Under the pieces are notes generated by a model. That model searched no databases and was not told where the DNA came from. It saw nothing but the letters and a program-made list of their open reading frames with translations. A stretch of 38,528 bases of DNA, taken from an uncultured Prevotella sp. Its GTDB lineage: Bacteria; Bacteroidota; Bacteroidia; Bacteroidales; Bacteroidaceae. Where the stretch lies: assembly GCA_946055365.1 (NCBI GenBank), contig CAMGFM010000001.1, positions 1 to 38,528 of the forward strand, written 5' to 3'. A program made the position numbers and the translations under genes. This document shows positions 1 to 8,276 of the stretch, in pieces; within the stretch, counting starts at the first letter, position 1; every line of letters begins with the position of its first letter.

Positions 1-198
1 ATAGCTTTTCATGTTGCTAACTTTTTCGGAAAAACGCGTGTCATTCCTCCCGTCAATTATCTTCGCATCCACCCCCGTAGGGCGCATAATGTCGGTCAAC
101 CGTGATATTAGGTCACTCGTGCTTATAAAATAATCCTTTGACTGTGCCATCAAGTATAAAGCAGGCAGCACCAGCTGGCTTTCTGTAATTATCTGCAT
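1..198 (-). CDS. 5' part of a hypothetical protein running off the window; N-terminus resembles winged-helix domains of restriction/HNH-type nucleases
   Basis: Not in the ORF track. Manual translation from ATG at 198: MQIITESQLVLPALYLMAQSKDYFISTSDLISRLTDIMRPTGVDAKIIDGRNDTRFSEKVSNMKSY (66 codons, no stop). Co-oriented and directly downstream of the methyltransferase. The family call is recognition from memory only. Confidence 0.6.
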   Translation of the reverse strand, partial: MQIITESQLVLPALYLMAQSKDYFISTSDLISRLTDIMRPTGVDAKIIDGRNDTRFSEKVSNMKSY

Positions 199-397
199 AT
201 TTCCCTGTATGGGCTTCAATAAGCCCCAAGATTAATAAATAATGTTTTTAGTGTAGTGCATCGTATGTTTCTCACGTCTGTCTGACACATACAGCCAGTC
301 TCGTATGTCACGACGCGCTCGTCTCTTCACTTATACTGACTCTCTATGCGCATAGACACATCGGGCAGACGACATGACCAACAGAGAAAGCCACACC

Positions 398-1663
398 CTA
401 ATAGTTTGTAATCATAAGGTGTGTGACCCTCTTGTCGTTTCTGTTCATAAAACTGACAATATATTCCTTGTCAAAAGAGCGGATTCTAATGCCCTCCTTA
501 TCGTAAAGACCATATATGAAATCCGTGTTTTTGATAATCATCATCCATTTGGCCTTGCACTCACAAATCAGGTAATTTGCCAGTCTTGCCTGATCGGCAC
601 GCGTAAACGTGTTTTGGGCATAGGTGCTAAACTCACTGTCGTATGGCGGATCCAAGAAAACGAAATCGTCTTCTGAGGGTTTTGTCTCGCGCAAGAACGC
701 CTCAAAGTCGAGATTGTATATCCTTGTGGCGGCAAAATGGTTAGAGACAGGTCTTGAACGGTAATAATTGAGCTTCCTTGCCATCAGTTTAGCGTTATAG
801 GCAATGCCTCCATAAGGCACATTAAACTCTCCCTTGCCGCTATACCTGAACATTCCGCTGTAAGCATAGTTTCTCATGAACAGAAACAAGGCTGTGTGCA
901 GGGGCGCATTGTCCCTTGCGATGTCCCTGTCATTATACACGTGACGGTAGTTCATGTAAACGGCACTCTTTATGGCGGTCTCTATATTGTCAAGGACATC
1001 ACCGTAAGGCAACACATGTCTCTCCATCTCAAGCTCACGCATCCTTGTCATCTTCCTGAACAGATTTTTCTCCATTTCCATTGGCAGTATGCAAGGACAT
1101 GACGCAAACTCCGAGCCTATAATATGCAATATTTCGGTCTCCCTCTCCTGACAATAACCGTGCAGAAAGGCTCTTAGCTCCTCCCTTGTTGTCATGTCGC
1201 CGCGGTATTGCAGGTATTTTTCTACCAGAATCTTGTTTGCGCTGAAAAAGTCATGGGCTTTTACCCATGAGGCATCCAGCATTTCCGAATAGCGGAAAAA
1301 CTCTCTGTCGGCAGTTGCAATGCCTTGATACAGGGCAACAAGCTCAGAAGAAAGGTCGTTGATGAGGTATTCACAGGCACGCACTGCCATATAGACAGAG
1401 CCACCACCGACAAAAGGCTCAAAGAAACGCTTGAAGACGGGCAGATTAGGCATAATATATTTCAATTCCTTCTCCTTGCCGCCCGGCCATTTGACTATCG
1501 GCTGAAGCCCCGTCGGCACGTTATTGTCTGGAACGACCCTATTGTCAGACAGCCGAAGACACTCATCCAGTTCAAAAAATGACGACTGATAAGGCACAGC
1601 AGCGTCACACACCGCAAAAGATGTGTCCCCGTCAGTTGTATTATATGATTTGTTGTTTGACAT
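398..1663 (-). CDS. Dam-family (D12 class, group alpha) N6-adenine DNA methyltransferase
   Basis: KWPGGK motif X, FEPFVGGGSV motif I, GMFRYSGKGEFNVPYG, FVFLDPPY catalytic motif IV, C-terminal HLMITNY. Confidence 0.93.
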   Translation of the reverse strand: MSNNKSYNTTDGDTSFAVCDAAVPYQSSFFELDECLRLSDNRVVPDNNVPTGLQPIVKWPGGKEKELKYIMPNLPVFKRFFEPFVGGGSVYMAVRACEYLINDLSSELVALYQGIATADREFFRYSEMLDASWVKAHDFFSANKILVEKYLQYRGDMTTREELRAFLHGYCQERETEILHIIGSEFASCPCILPMEMEKNLFRKMTRMRELEMERHVLPYGDVLDNIETAIKSAVYMNYRHVYNDRDIARDNAPLHTALFLFMRNYAYSGMFRYSGKGEFNVPYGGIAYNAKLMARKLNYYRSRPVSNHFAATRIYNLDFEAFLRETKPSEDDFVFLDPPYDSEFSTYAQNTFTRADQARLANYLICECKAKWMMIIKNTDFIYGLYDKEGIRIRSFDKEYIVSFMNRNDKRVTHLMITNY

Positions 1664-1722
1664 CTTATTGTTCTTTAGAGTGTACTGCGCGCTTTTCCCT
1701 CATTCTCATGCGACTCAGGAAG

Positions 1723-2190
1723 TCATTTCCTGCCAAAATCAGCAGGCACCTCTCCCCATTTGCGCGTGTCCCACTTCACTATGTTGTTTCTTATCTGGTG
1801 TGTTGCCAGCCACGCCTCCGCACGGGCTATAATCTGAAAGAGCCTTTCGGTCTGCGGAGTGCGCTCCAGCTTGGTCTTGCATTTGCGTTTCTGCACCCAG
1901 AGTATGGCGTTGTAGGAGTCAGAATATATGGTCTTGCCGCTCACGCCCTGCCTGTCGAGCAGTGCCAGCGCATGTACGATGGCAAGAAACTCGCCGATGT
2001 TGTTTGTGCCGTGCAACGGGCCGAAGTGAAAGACGGTAGCTCCAGTGGCGAGGTCTATGGCCTGATATTCCATAGGACCGGGATTGTGGCTGCAAGCGGC
2101 ATCCACCGCCCACGCATTGGCCGTCACCTCCATAGGCAAAGGCAACACCGTGTCCGTGCGGTAGTCTGGCGGATTAAGCATACTGTTCAT
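1723..2190 (-). CDS. rnhA: Ribonuclease HI, catalytic domain only
   Basis: AVDAACSHNPGPMEY, GTNNIGEFLAIVHAL, IYSDS and KWDTRKWGEVPADFGRK supply the D-E-D-D catalytic set of Bacillus halodurans-type RNase H. Confidence 0.9.
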   Translation of the reverse strand: MNSMLNPPDYRTDTVLPLPMEVTANAWAVDAACSHNPGPMEYQAIDLATGATVFHFGPLHGTNNIGEFLAIVHALALLDRQGVSGKTIYSDSYNAILWVQKRKCKTKLERTPQTERLFQIIARAEAWLATHQIRNNIVKWDTRKWGEVPADFGRK

Positions 2191-2372
2191 TTGTCTTCGC
2201 TGTATTTGTTGTCTTTAGGCTTCAATATTGGCATTTGGGCAGGCATTGGCGACGTCAGTGCATGTACACAACGCAGTGCCTTATATATGAAGACACTAAT
2301 AACGTAAAAACGGCACCTACGCATCACACGGACAACGTCACACGCCTGCCCATTTATGCCATTGAGACCATA

Positions 2373-4034
2373 TTATATCAAGAACATTATTATCACCTGC
2401 GCGAGTATCACCCTCACAAACATGCCGAGAGGATAGACCGAGGTGTAAGCCACGGCGGCACGGTCGCCCTTGAGCGTCTCATTGGCATAGCTGAGAGCCA
2501 TGGGGTTGGCCATCGCGCCGCAGAGGAGGCCGCAGACAGTACCGAAGTCAAACTTCTTTGTGCGCAGGGCCGTCGCGCCCACTATCAGCAGCGGCAGCAC
2601 GGTGAGCAGGAAGCCCACGCCCACCCAGAGCAGTCCCTCCGGGCGTATCACGATGGACAGAAAGTCCTTGCCAGCGACGAGCCCCAGACACGCCAGGTAG
2701 AGCGACAGCCCGAGCTTGCGCAGCATGAGCGAGGCAGAGCGCGTAGTGTAGCTTATCATGTGTATTCTTGAGCCGAGCGCGCCTATGACAATGCCCACTA
2801 TAATGGGTCCTCCGGCTATGCCAAGCCTCACCGGCGCACTCATGCCGGGGATAGTAAAGGGTATCATGCCCACGCCCAGACCCAGCAAAAGGCCAAAGAA
2901 TATGGCCCCGAGGTTGGGTTCGTTAAGCACGGAGACGGCATTGCCGAGAAAAGCCTCGGCATGGTCGATGTCCTCGGGCGTGCCTACGACTGTCAGACGG
3001 TCGCCATATTGCAGGTGAAGGCTGTCGGTGGCAAGGAGTTTGATGTCGCCCCTCATCACGCGGCTCACGTTGACACCGTAAGTCTGCCTCATGTGCAGTG
3101 CGCCGAGCGTCTTGCCGTTGAGCTTGGTGCGCGTCACCACTATCACGCGGCTCTCCACCGACGCGTCTATGGCGTTCCAGTCTATCTTGTCGCGGTTCCA
3201 GTCTTTTTCGACCCTCTTGCCGAAGAGCAAGTCCATCACGGGCTGTTCCTCGGGCGTGGTCACCACCAGCACATTGTCGCCCTCCTCAATCTGCGTGGAC
3301 GCTACAGGCACGATAACCTTGCCTCCGCGCCAGATGCGCGACACTATAAAGTGCCGCCGTGAAATTTGCGACACCTGCGCGATGGTTCTGCCCACGATGG
3401 CAGGGTTCACCGCCACATACTGACCGATGAATGTCTTGTTCTCATCGCTCTTGCAATGAGGCTCAAGGTCGTCGGGAGTGACCACAAAGCGGCGCAACAG
3501 CACCATGGCAAGTATCACTCCCACCACTCCGAGCGGATAAGTGACGGCGCAACCGAGTGCCGCGCCGTTGCCCGACACGCCCGCGTTGGCAAGAGCCTGC
3601 TGCGCCGCGCCGAGGGCAGGCGTGTTGGTAGTGGCTCCACACAGTATGCCCATCATCTCAGACAGCCCTATAGGCAGCACGAGGCACAGTGCGAGAGCCA
3701 TGACAGTGCCCGCGAATATCACGCCGAGCCCCCAGAGGTTGAGGGAGAAGCCCTCCTCGCGCATCATGCCCACAAAGTTGGGGCCCACATGCAGGCCCAG
3801 GGCATAGACAAAGAGCGACAGGCCCAGCGTCTCAGCGAAATTCAGCATCTGAGCGTCAGCAGAGAAATGCAGACTGCCTGCCACGATGCCTGCAAAGAAC
3901 ACAAACGCCACGCCAAGAGACACGCCCTTGATGTGGAGCTTGCCGAGAGAGAGTCCCACCGACACTATCAGCGACAGCAGAACGACTGTCTGAACTGCTG
4001 AGTGGACGGTGAACAAGCTGTTTATCCAATCCAT
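2373..4034 (-). CDS. AspT/YidE/YbjL-family transporter with two TrkA-C (RCK_C) domains
   Basis: Two hydrophobic multi-TM blocks (GATTNTPALGAA; LGIAGGPIIVG; GAMANPMAL) around a soluble region with SRIWRG and SRVMRG repeats. Start trimmed to MDWINS at 4034. Confidence 0.9.
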   Translation of the reverse strand: MDWINSLFTVHSAVQTVVLLSLIVSVGLSLGKLHIKGVSLGVAFVFFAGIVAGSLHFSADAQMLNFAETLGLSLFVYALGLHVGPNFVGMMREEGFSLNLWGLGVIFAGTVMALALCLVLPIGLSEMMGILCGATTNTPALGAAQQALANAGVSGNGAALGCAVTYPLGVVGVILAMVLLRRFVVTPDDLEPHCKSDENKTFIGQYVAVNPAIVGRTIAQVSQISRRHFIVSRIWRGGKVIVPVASTQIEEGDNVLVVTTPEEQPVMDLLFGKRVEKDWNRDKIDWNAIDASVESRVIVVTRTKLNGKTLGALHMRQTYGVNVSRVMRGDIKLLATDSLHLQYGDRLTVVGTPEDIDHAEAFLGNAVSVLNEPNLGAIFFGLLLGLGVGMIPFTIPGMSAPVRLGIAGGPIIVGIVIGALGSRIHMISYTTRSASLMLRKLGLSLYLACLGLVAGKDFLSIVIRPEGLLWVGVGFLLTVLPLLIVGATALRTKKFDFGTVCGLLCGAMANPMALSYANETLKGDRAAVAYTSVYPLGMFVRVILAQVIIMFLI

Positions 4035-4108
4035 TTTGTTTGTTTTGTTGTTTAAGTCGTGACACCGGGGCATGCCCCACGCGCGGCGCAGGTCACGGCG
4101 GTGTCAGG

Positions 4109-4190
4109 AAAGAGCCACTTTTCAGTTGCAAAAGTGGCTCTTTTCACTTGCAAAAGCGGCACTTTAGGGTCAGTAAAGTGCCGCTTTTGC
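4109..4190. repeat. Palindrome array 1 (4 units, 22-bp period)
   Basis: AAAGAGCCACTTT@4109, AAAGTGGCTCTTT@4131, AAAGCGGCACTTT@4153, AAAGTGCCGCTTT@4175. Confidence 0.95.
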
Positions 4191-4346
4191 GCATAAAAGA
4201 CGCTCTCCCGCACACAGCGGGAGACTCCTTGTGCATGACTCTGCGCCAGAGACCAGCGTCTCGAGCGCGTCGCCATGACAGCGAAAGAGGCGGCACACGG
4301 GCAGAGCGTGGCTCTATGGCACCGCCATCGTTTCACGTGACACCTG

Positions 4347-6473
4347 TTATTGTGCCACGCCTATCTCCTTGAGCAGGCGGTCGGCATGACCCCACTTGTC
4401 CATGAGGTAGAGCATATAGCGTATGTCCACGCCGATGCAGCGCGCGAGACGGCGGTCAAACCAGATGTCGCTCGAGAGCGAGTCCCAGTTGCCGTCAAAG
4501 GCAAGGCCTATAAGCTGTCCCTTACCGTCAAACATGGGCGAGCCAGAGTTGCCTCCCGTGATGTCGTTGTTGGTAAGGAAGCACAGCTGCATCTTGCCTG
4601 TGGTGGCGTCGGTGTAGCGTCCGAAATCCTTAGCCGAGAACAACTCCTTCATGACAGGCTCTGCCTGATAGTCGATAGTGCCTCTCTCGCCCGACTGCAT
4701 CTTGCGCACGATGCTCGCAGCGTCGGTATAGTAGCCCGAGGGTGCTCCTGCGAGCGTGTAGCCGCCCACCTGACCATAGCTGAGCCTCATCGTGAAGTTG
4801 GCATCGCTATAATGGGGCAGCTCCTGTTCCATGCGTATCTTGGCATCGCACAGATAACGCTCCTGCAACTCTATCGCGCTGTCCACATCACGGAACACTG
4901 CGCGTGCGTTGTCGAGTATTTCCATTATCTGTCTGCCATATTCCACGCCCGGATCGTCCTGCACGTCCTTGGCATAGAGCTTGATTTTCTTGCCCGACTG
5001 CATCAGTACGGAGTTGTTGTAGAGCCACTCGACATACTTGCGTGGGTCGCCGCCAAACTCGCGCTTGATGGTAGCGTAGAAGGCGGGCAGGTCTTTCTCG
5101 TCGCAATAGCGTCTGTAGTTGTCGATGAGTGCCGCCATCACGTCCTTGTCAAGCGCAGCGTCCCACTCTGCGCTGTTGTCGGCAAAGACATAGTATTGCT
5201 TGCTCTTTGCCGCCTTGGGGTTCTTGGGCTCGAGGCCGCGCGCAAAGGCCAGGGCCCTGGCATTAAACTCGCAGGTGTTGCGGAATGTCTCGCTCCACAC
5301 GGTGAGTTGCTTGGTGGCATCAAACCTCTTGGCATAGAGACGCGCCATCTTGTCAAAGTTGAGCTTGTCCTTGAGATAGCCAGTCCACTTCTGATATTCC
5401 ATGATGCGCTCCTCAAAGTCGGCTTTCTGGCGTATGATGCCCACAGAGTCGATGCACTTGTTCATGCCGAGGGAGTTTTTCCAGTAGTTGGAGCTCTGTG
5501 CATACTTGGAGTCATACTTGATGCGCACAGCCTCCGACGCTCTCATGTGGCGGAGCATCACCTCCTGCTTCACGCCCCTTATCTGGGCACGCGGAGCGTT
5601 CTCTGCGTCGCGCATCTCGCGTATGCCATAAGACGACATGTAGCGGCTGGTGCTGCCCGGATAGCCTATGGTCATGGCAAAGTCGCCCTCCTTGTAGCCG
5701 TCGAGCGACACCTTGGCCCAGTGAGCAGGCTTGTAAGGCACATTGTTCTTGCTATAATCGGCAGGCCCGTTGGTCTTCGGGTCTGCATAGATGCGAAACA
5801 CGGAGTAGTCGCAGGTCTGTCGCGGCCACATCCAGTTGTCGGTCTCGCCACCAAACTTGCCCATTGACTTTGGCACGGTGAACACGAGGCGCAGGTCACG
5901 GAACTCTTTGTAGGTGGTGGCATAGAACTTGTTGCCCTCATAGAACGGCAGCACCTCCACGATGAGGTCTTTGTCCTTGGCTCTTGCCTCCTTTGCCAGC
6001 TCTGTCTCCACAGTTGCGAGCAGCGACTCCTGATCGCGTATGGTCAGGGAGCGTATTCCCCTCTTCTCAAGCATGTCTGTGATGTCTCTCTGCTCCACCA
6101 TGAAGCGCACGAACATGCCCTCATTGGGCAGCTCCTCGGCATAGCTCTTGGCATAAAAGCCGTTGAGCATGTAGTCATGCTCCACTGTAGAGTGGCTGCG
6201 GATGGCCTCAAAGCCACAGTGATGGTTGGTAAAGACGAGTCCATCGGGCGACACTACCACGCCAGAGCAGTATCCGGAGAAATTGACCACGGACTTCATG
6301 ATGGCGTTTTCGCTCTGATAGAGATCCTCATAGGGGGCTGAGAACCCGTAACTCTTCATTTGCTCATACACCGCCTGCGGCAGATCGTAGAGCGTCCACA
6401 TGCCTTCGTCGGCGTGGGATGCGGTGGCTGAGAATGTCAGCGCAGCCGCAAGAAACAGCTGTTTGATTTTCAT
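4347..6473 (-). CDS. S46-family dipeptidyl peptidase, DPP7-like
   Basis: Signal peptide then ADEGMW; TNHHC (catalytic His); GGETDNWMWPRQTCD; DITGGNSGSP (catalytic Ser); AFDGNW with Gly at the S1 position. Confidence 0.93.
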   Translation of the reverse strand: MKIKQLFLAAALTFSATASHADEGMWTLYDLPQAVYEQMKSYGFSAPYEDLYQSENAIMKSVVNFSGYCSGVVVSPDGLVFTNHHCGFEAIRSHSTVEHDYMLNGFYAKSYAEELPNEGMFVRFMVEQRDITDMLEKRGIRSLTIRDQESLLATVETELAKEARAKDKDLIVEVLPFYEGNKFYATTYKEFRDLRLVFTVPKSMGKFGGETDNWMWPRQTCDYSVFRIYADPKTNGPADYSKNNVPYKPAHWAKVSLDGYKEGDFAMTIGYPGSTSRYMSSYGIREMRDAENAPRAQIRGVKQEVMLRHMRASEAVRIKYDSKYAQSSNYWKNSLGMNKCIDSVGIIRQKADFEERIMEYQKWTGYLKDKLNFDKMARLYAKRFDATKQLTVWSETFRNTCEFNARALAFARGLEPKNPKAAKSKQYYVFADNSAEWDAALDKDVMAALIDNYRRYCDEKDLPAFYATIKREFGGDPRKYVEWLYNNSVLMQSGKKIKLYAKDVQDDPGVEYGRQIMEILDNARAVFRDVDSAIELQERYLCDAKIRMEQELPHYSDANFTMRLSYGQVGGYTLAGAPSGYYTDAASIVRKMQSGERGTIDYQAEPVMKELFSAKDFGRYTDATTGKMQLCFLTNNDITGGNSGSPMFDGKGQLIGLAFDGNWDSLSSDIWFDRRLARCIGVDIRYMLYLMDKWGHADRLLKEIGVAQ

Positions 6474-6663
6474 TGTTTAAAGTTTGAGGTTTATATTCTC
6501 ATTACACGTATTTTACGCTTTGCAGTATGCATTATTGACCGCAGGAGACTGCACCGCCAGCTCGCGGCACACATGTATCATCAGTGTCAACCCGCGTCCT
6601 GCGGCTCGCGGCACACCTTAATTATATATAGCGACCCACAGTCTGCGGCACGCCGCGCTCACT

Positions 6664-8163
6664 CTATCCCTTTGCCTTGCGCCTTATCCTGCTCAAGGAA
6701 GCCAGTGCGCCCGGCGGCAGCTCGCGCCTGACGACATAGGCGGCGAACACGCCCAACACGAGGGTGTTTGTCACGACGGCAGGGAGCAGCGCGAGGCGCG
6801 CGTTTGCCAACGCCATGACACAATAGAGCGCGGCGGTAAGGGCAGTGTAGGCAGCCATGCTTGCCAAGGGATAGTCTATGGCATATTTGCGCTGTCCCAC
6901 GACATAGGACAGTATCATCGCCGTGCCGTAGCCTGCCACTCCGCCCCACGCACATGCCATATAGCCATAGCGAGGCACGAACATCACGTTCACAGCCACC
7001 AGCACCAGACATCCCGCGCCCGAGAACCACGCCCCATAGATGGTCTTGTCAATGAGCTTATACCAGAATGACAGATTGAAATAGATGCCCATCATTATCT
7101 CCGCCGCCATCACTATCGGCACGACGCGCAGTCCCGTCCAGTAACTCGGGTCGGGAATGACATAGCGCAGCACATTGATGTAGGCAGTGACCGTGAGAAA
7201 AGCCAGAAGCGTGAACACGAGAAAATATTTCATGGCCTTGGCATAGGTGTCGCGGCTGTCTCTGTCCTTGCTCTTGCCAAAGACAAACGGCTCGTAGGCA
7301 TAGCGAAACGCCTGAGTGATCATGGCCATTATCATGGCTATCTTTGTGGCAGCCCCATATATGCCGAGCTGTGTCTTGCAGTCATCGCCGTCATAGAGAT
7401 AGGGAAAGAGAATTTTGTCAAGCGTCTGATTGAGTATGCCAGCAATGCCCAGCACGAGCAGCGGCCACGCATAGCGCAGCATCCTGCGCCACAATGCCGT
7501 GTCGAAGACATAGCGGAAGCCTGTCAACTCCTTGCGGAAGCACAGCAAAACCACCGCCGTACACACGAGATTGATGTAGAACACCATGCCCACGTCGAGC
7601 GTGAAGTTTTCGTCGTAGAGCCCCAGAGGATTGAGGCGCAACGCTGGCAACACCACAAGATACATGAGGTTGAGGAAGATGTTGAGCAGGATGTTGAGCA
7701 TCTGCAACGCGGCAAACTTGAGTGCCTTTTTCTGATAGCGCAGGTAGGCAAAGGGTATGCACTTGAAGGCATCTATCGCCACGCACACGAACATCACCGC
7801 CACCCAGTCCTCGTGCCCGTCATATTTCATTGCCGACGCGAGCCACGGCAGGCACGCAAACACGAGGGCCACGAACAGCAATGCCGTGGAGCCTACTGAC
7901 AACAGCACCGTGGAGTAGACCTTGCGGGGGTCTTCGTCGGTCTTATTGACATATCGAAAGAATGTTGTCTCCATGCCATAGGTGAGTATCACGAGCAGGA
8001 GTGCCGTGTAGGCATATATGTTGGTGACCACCCCATACTGTCCGCCGCCTGCCGCAAACGCGGAGGTCTGTATAGGCACGAGCAGATAGTTGATAAACCT
8101 GCCCGCAATGCTGCTTATGCCATAGATGGCAGTGTCCTTGGCGAGTGATTTGAGATTTGCCAT
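6664..8163 (-). CDS. Polysaccharide biosynthesis / oligosaccharide flippase (Wzx-like, MOP superfamily)
   Basis: Typical start MANLKSLAKDTAIYG; many hydrophobic segments; QAFRYAYEPF and LSFWYKLIDKT motifs. Start trimmed to 8163 because the longer ORF overlaps spmAB. Confidence 0.85.
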   Translation of the reverse strand: MANLKSLAKDTAIYGISSIAGRFINYLLVPIQTSAFAAGGGQYGVVTNIYAYTALLLVILTYGMETTFFRYVNKTDEDPRKVYSTVLLSVGSTALLFVALVFACLPWLASAMKYDGHEDWVAVMFVCVAIDAFKCIPFAYLRYQKKALKFAALQMLNILLNIFLNLMYLVVLPALRLNPLGLYDENFTLDVGMVFYINLVCTAVVLLCFRKELTGFRYVFDTALWRRMLRYAWPLLVLGIAGILNQTLDKILFPYLYDGDDCKTQLGIYGAATKIAMIMAMITQAFRYAYEPFVFGKSKDRDSRDTYAKAMKYFLVFTLLAFLTVTAYINVLRYVIPDPSYWTGLRVVPIVMAAEIMMGIYFNLSFWYKLIDKTIYGAWFSGAGCLVLVAVNVMFVPRYGYMACAWGGVAGYGTAMILSYVVGQRKYAIDYPLASMAAYTALTAALYCVMALANARLALLPAVVTNTLVLGVFAAYVVRRELPPGALASLSRIRRKAKG

Positions 8164-8276
8164 TGTGTGTCGTTTATTTCCTTTATATATATAATGTGTG
8201 TCACCGCTGACGATATGCGTTGTCAGCCCATGCGCGGCAGCGTTGCGCCATCGCCTTTCAAGCCCCTTGCCGCCGC

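Noticed and set aside
4040-4372. Short ORFs across the arrays (also 9541-9849, 24485-25017, 31649-32099, 35754-36328) sharing KCHF/KVPL/KRHF/KVAL peptides
   Set aside because: The shared peptides are translations of the DNA palindrome in different frames and strands. The 22-bp period does not preserve frame, so these are not a protein family.
4350-5867. 505-aa + strand ORF and other long antisense ORFs (e.g. 11556-12470, 21215-22324, 32857-33750, 36193-37098)
   Set aside because: They are shadow ORFs opposite well-supported genes, expected from codon bias in GC-rich DNA, and have no recognisable motifs.
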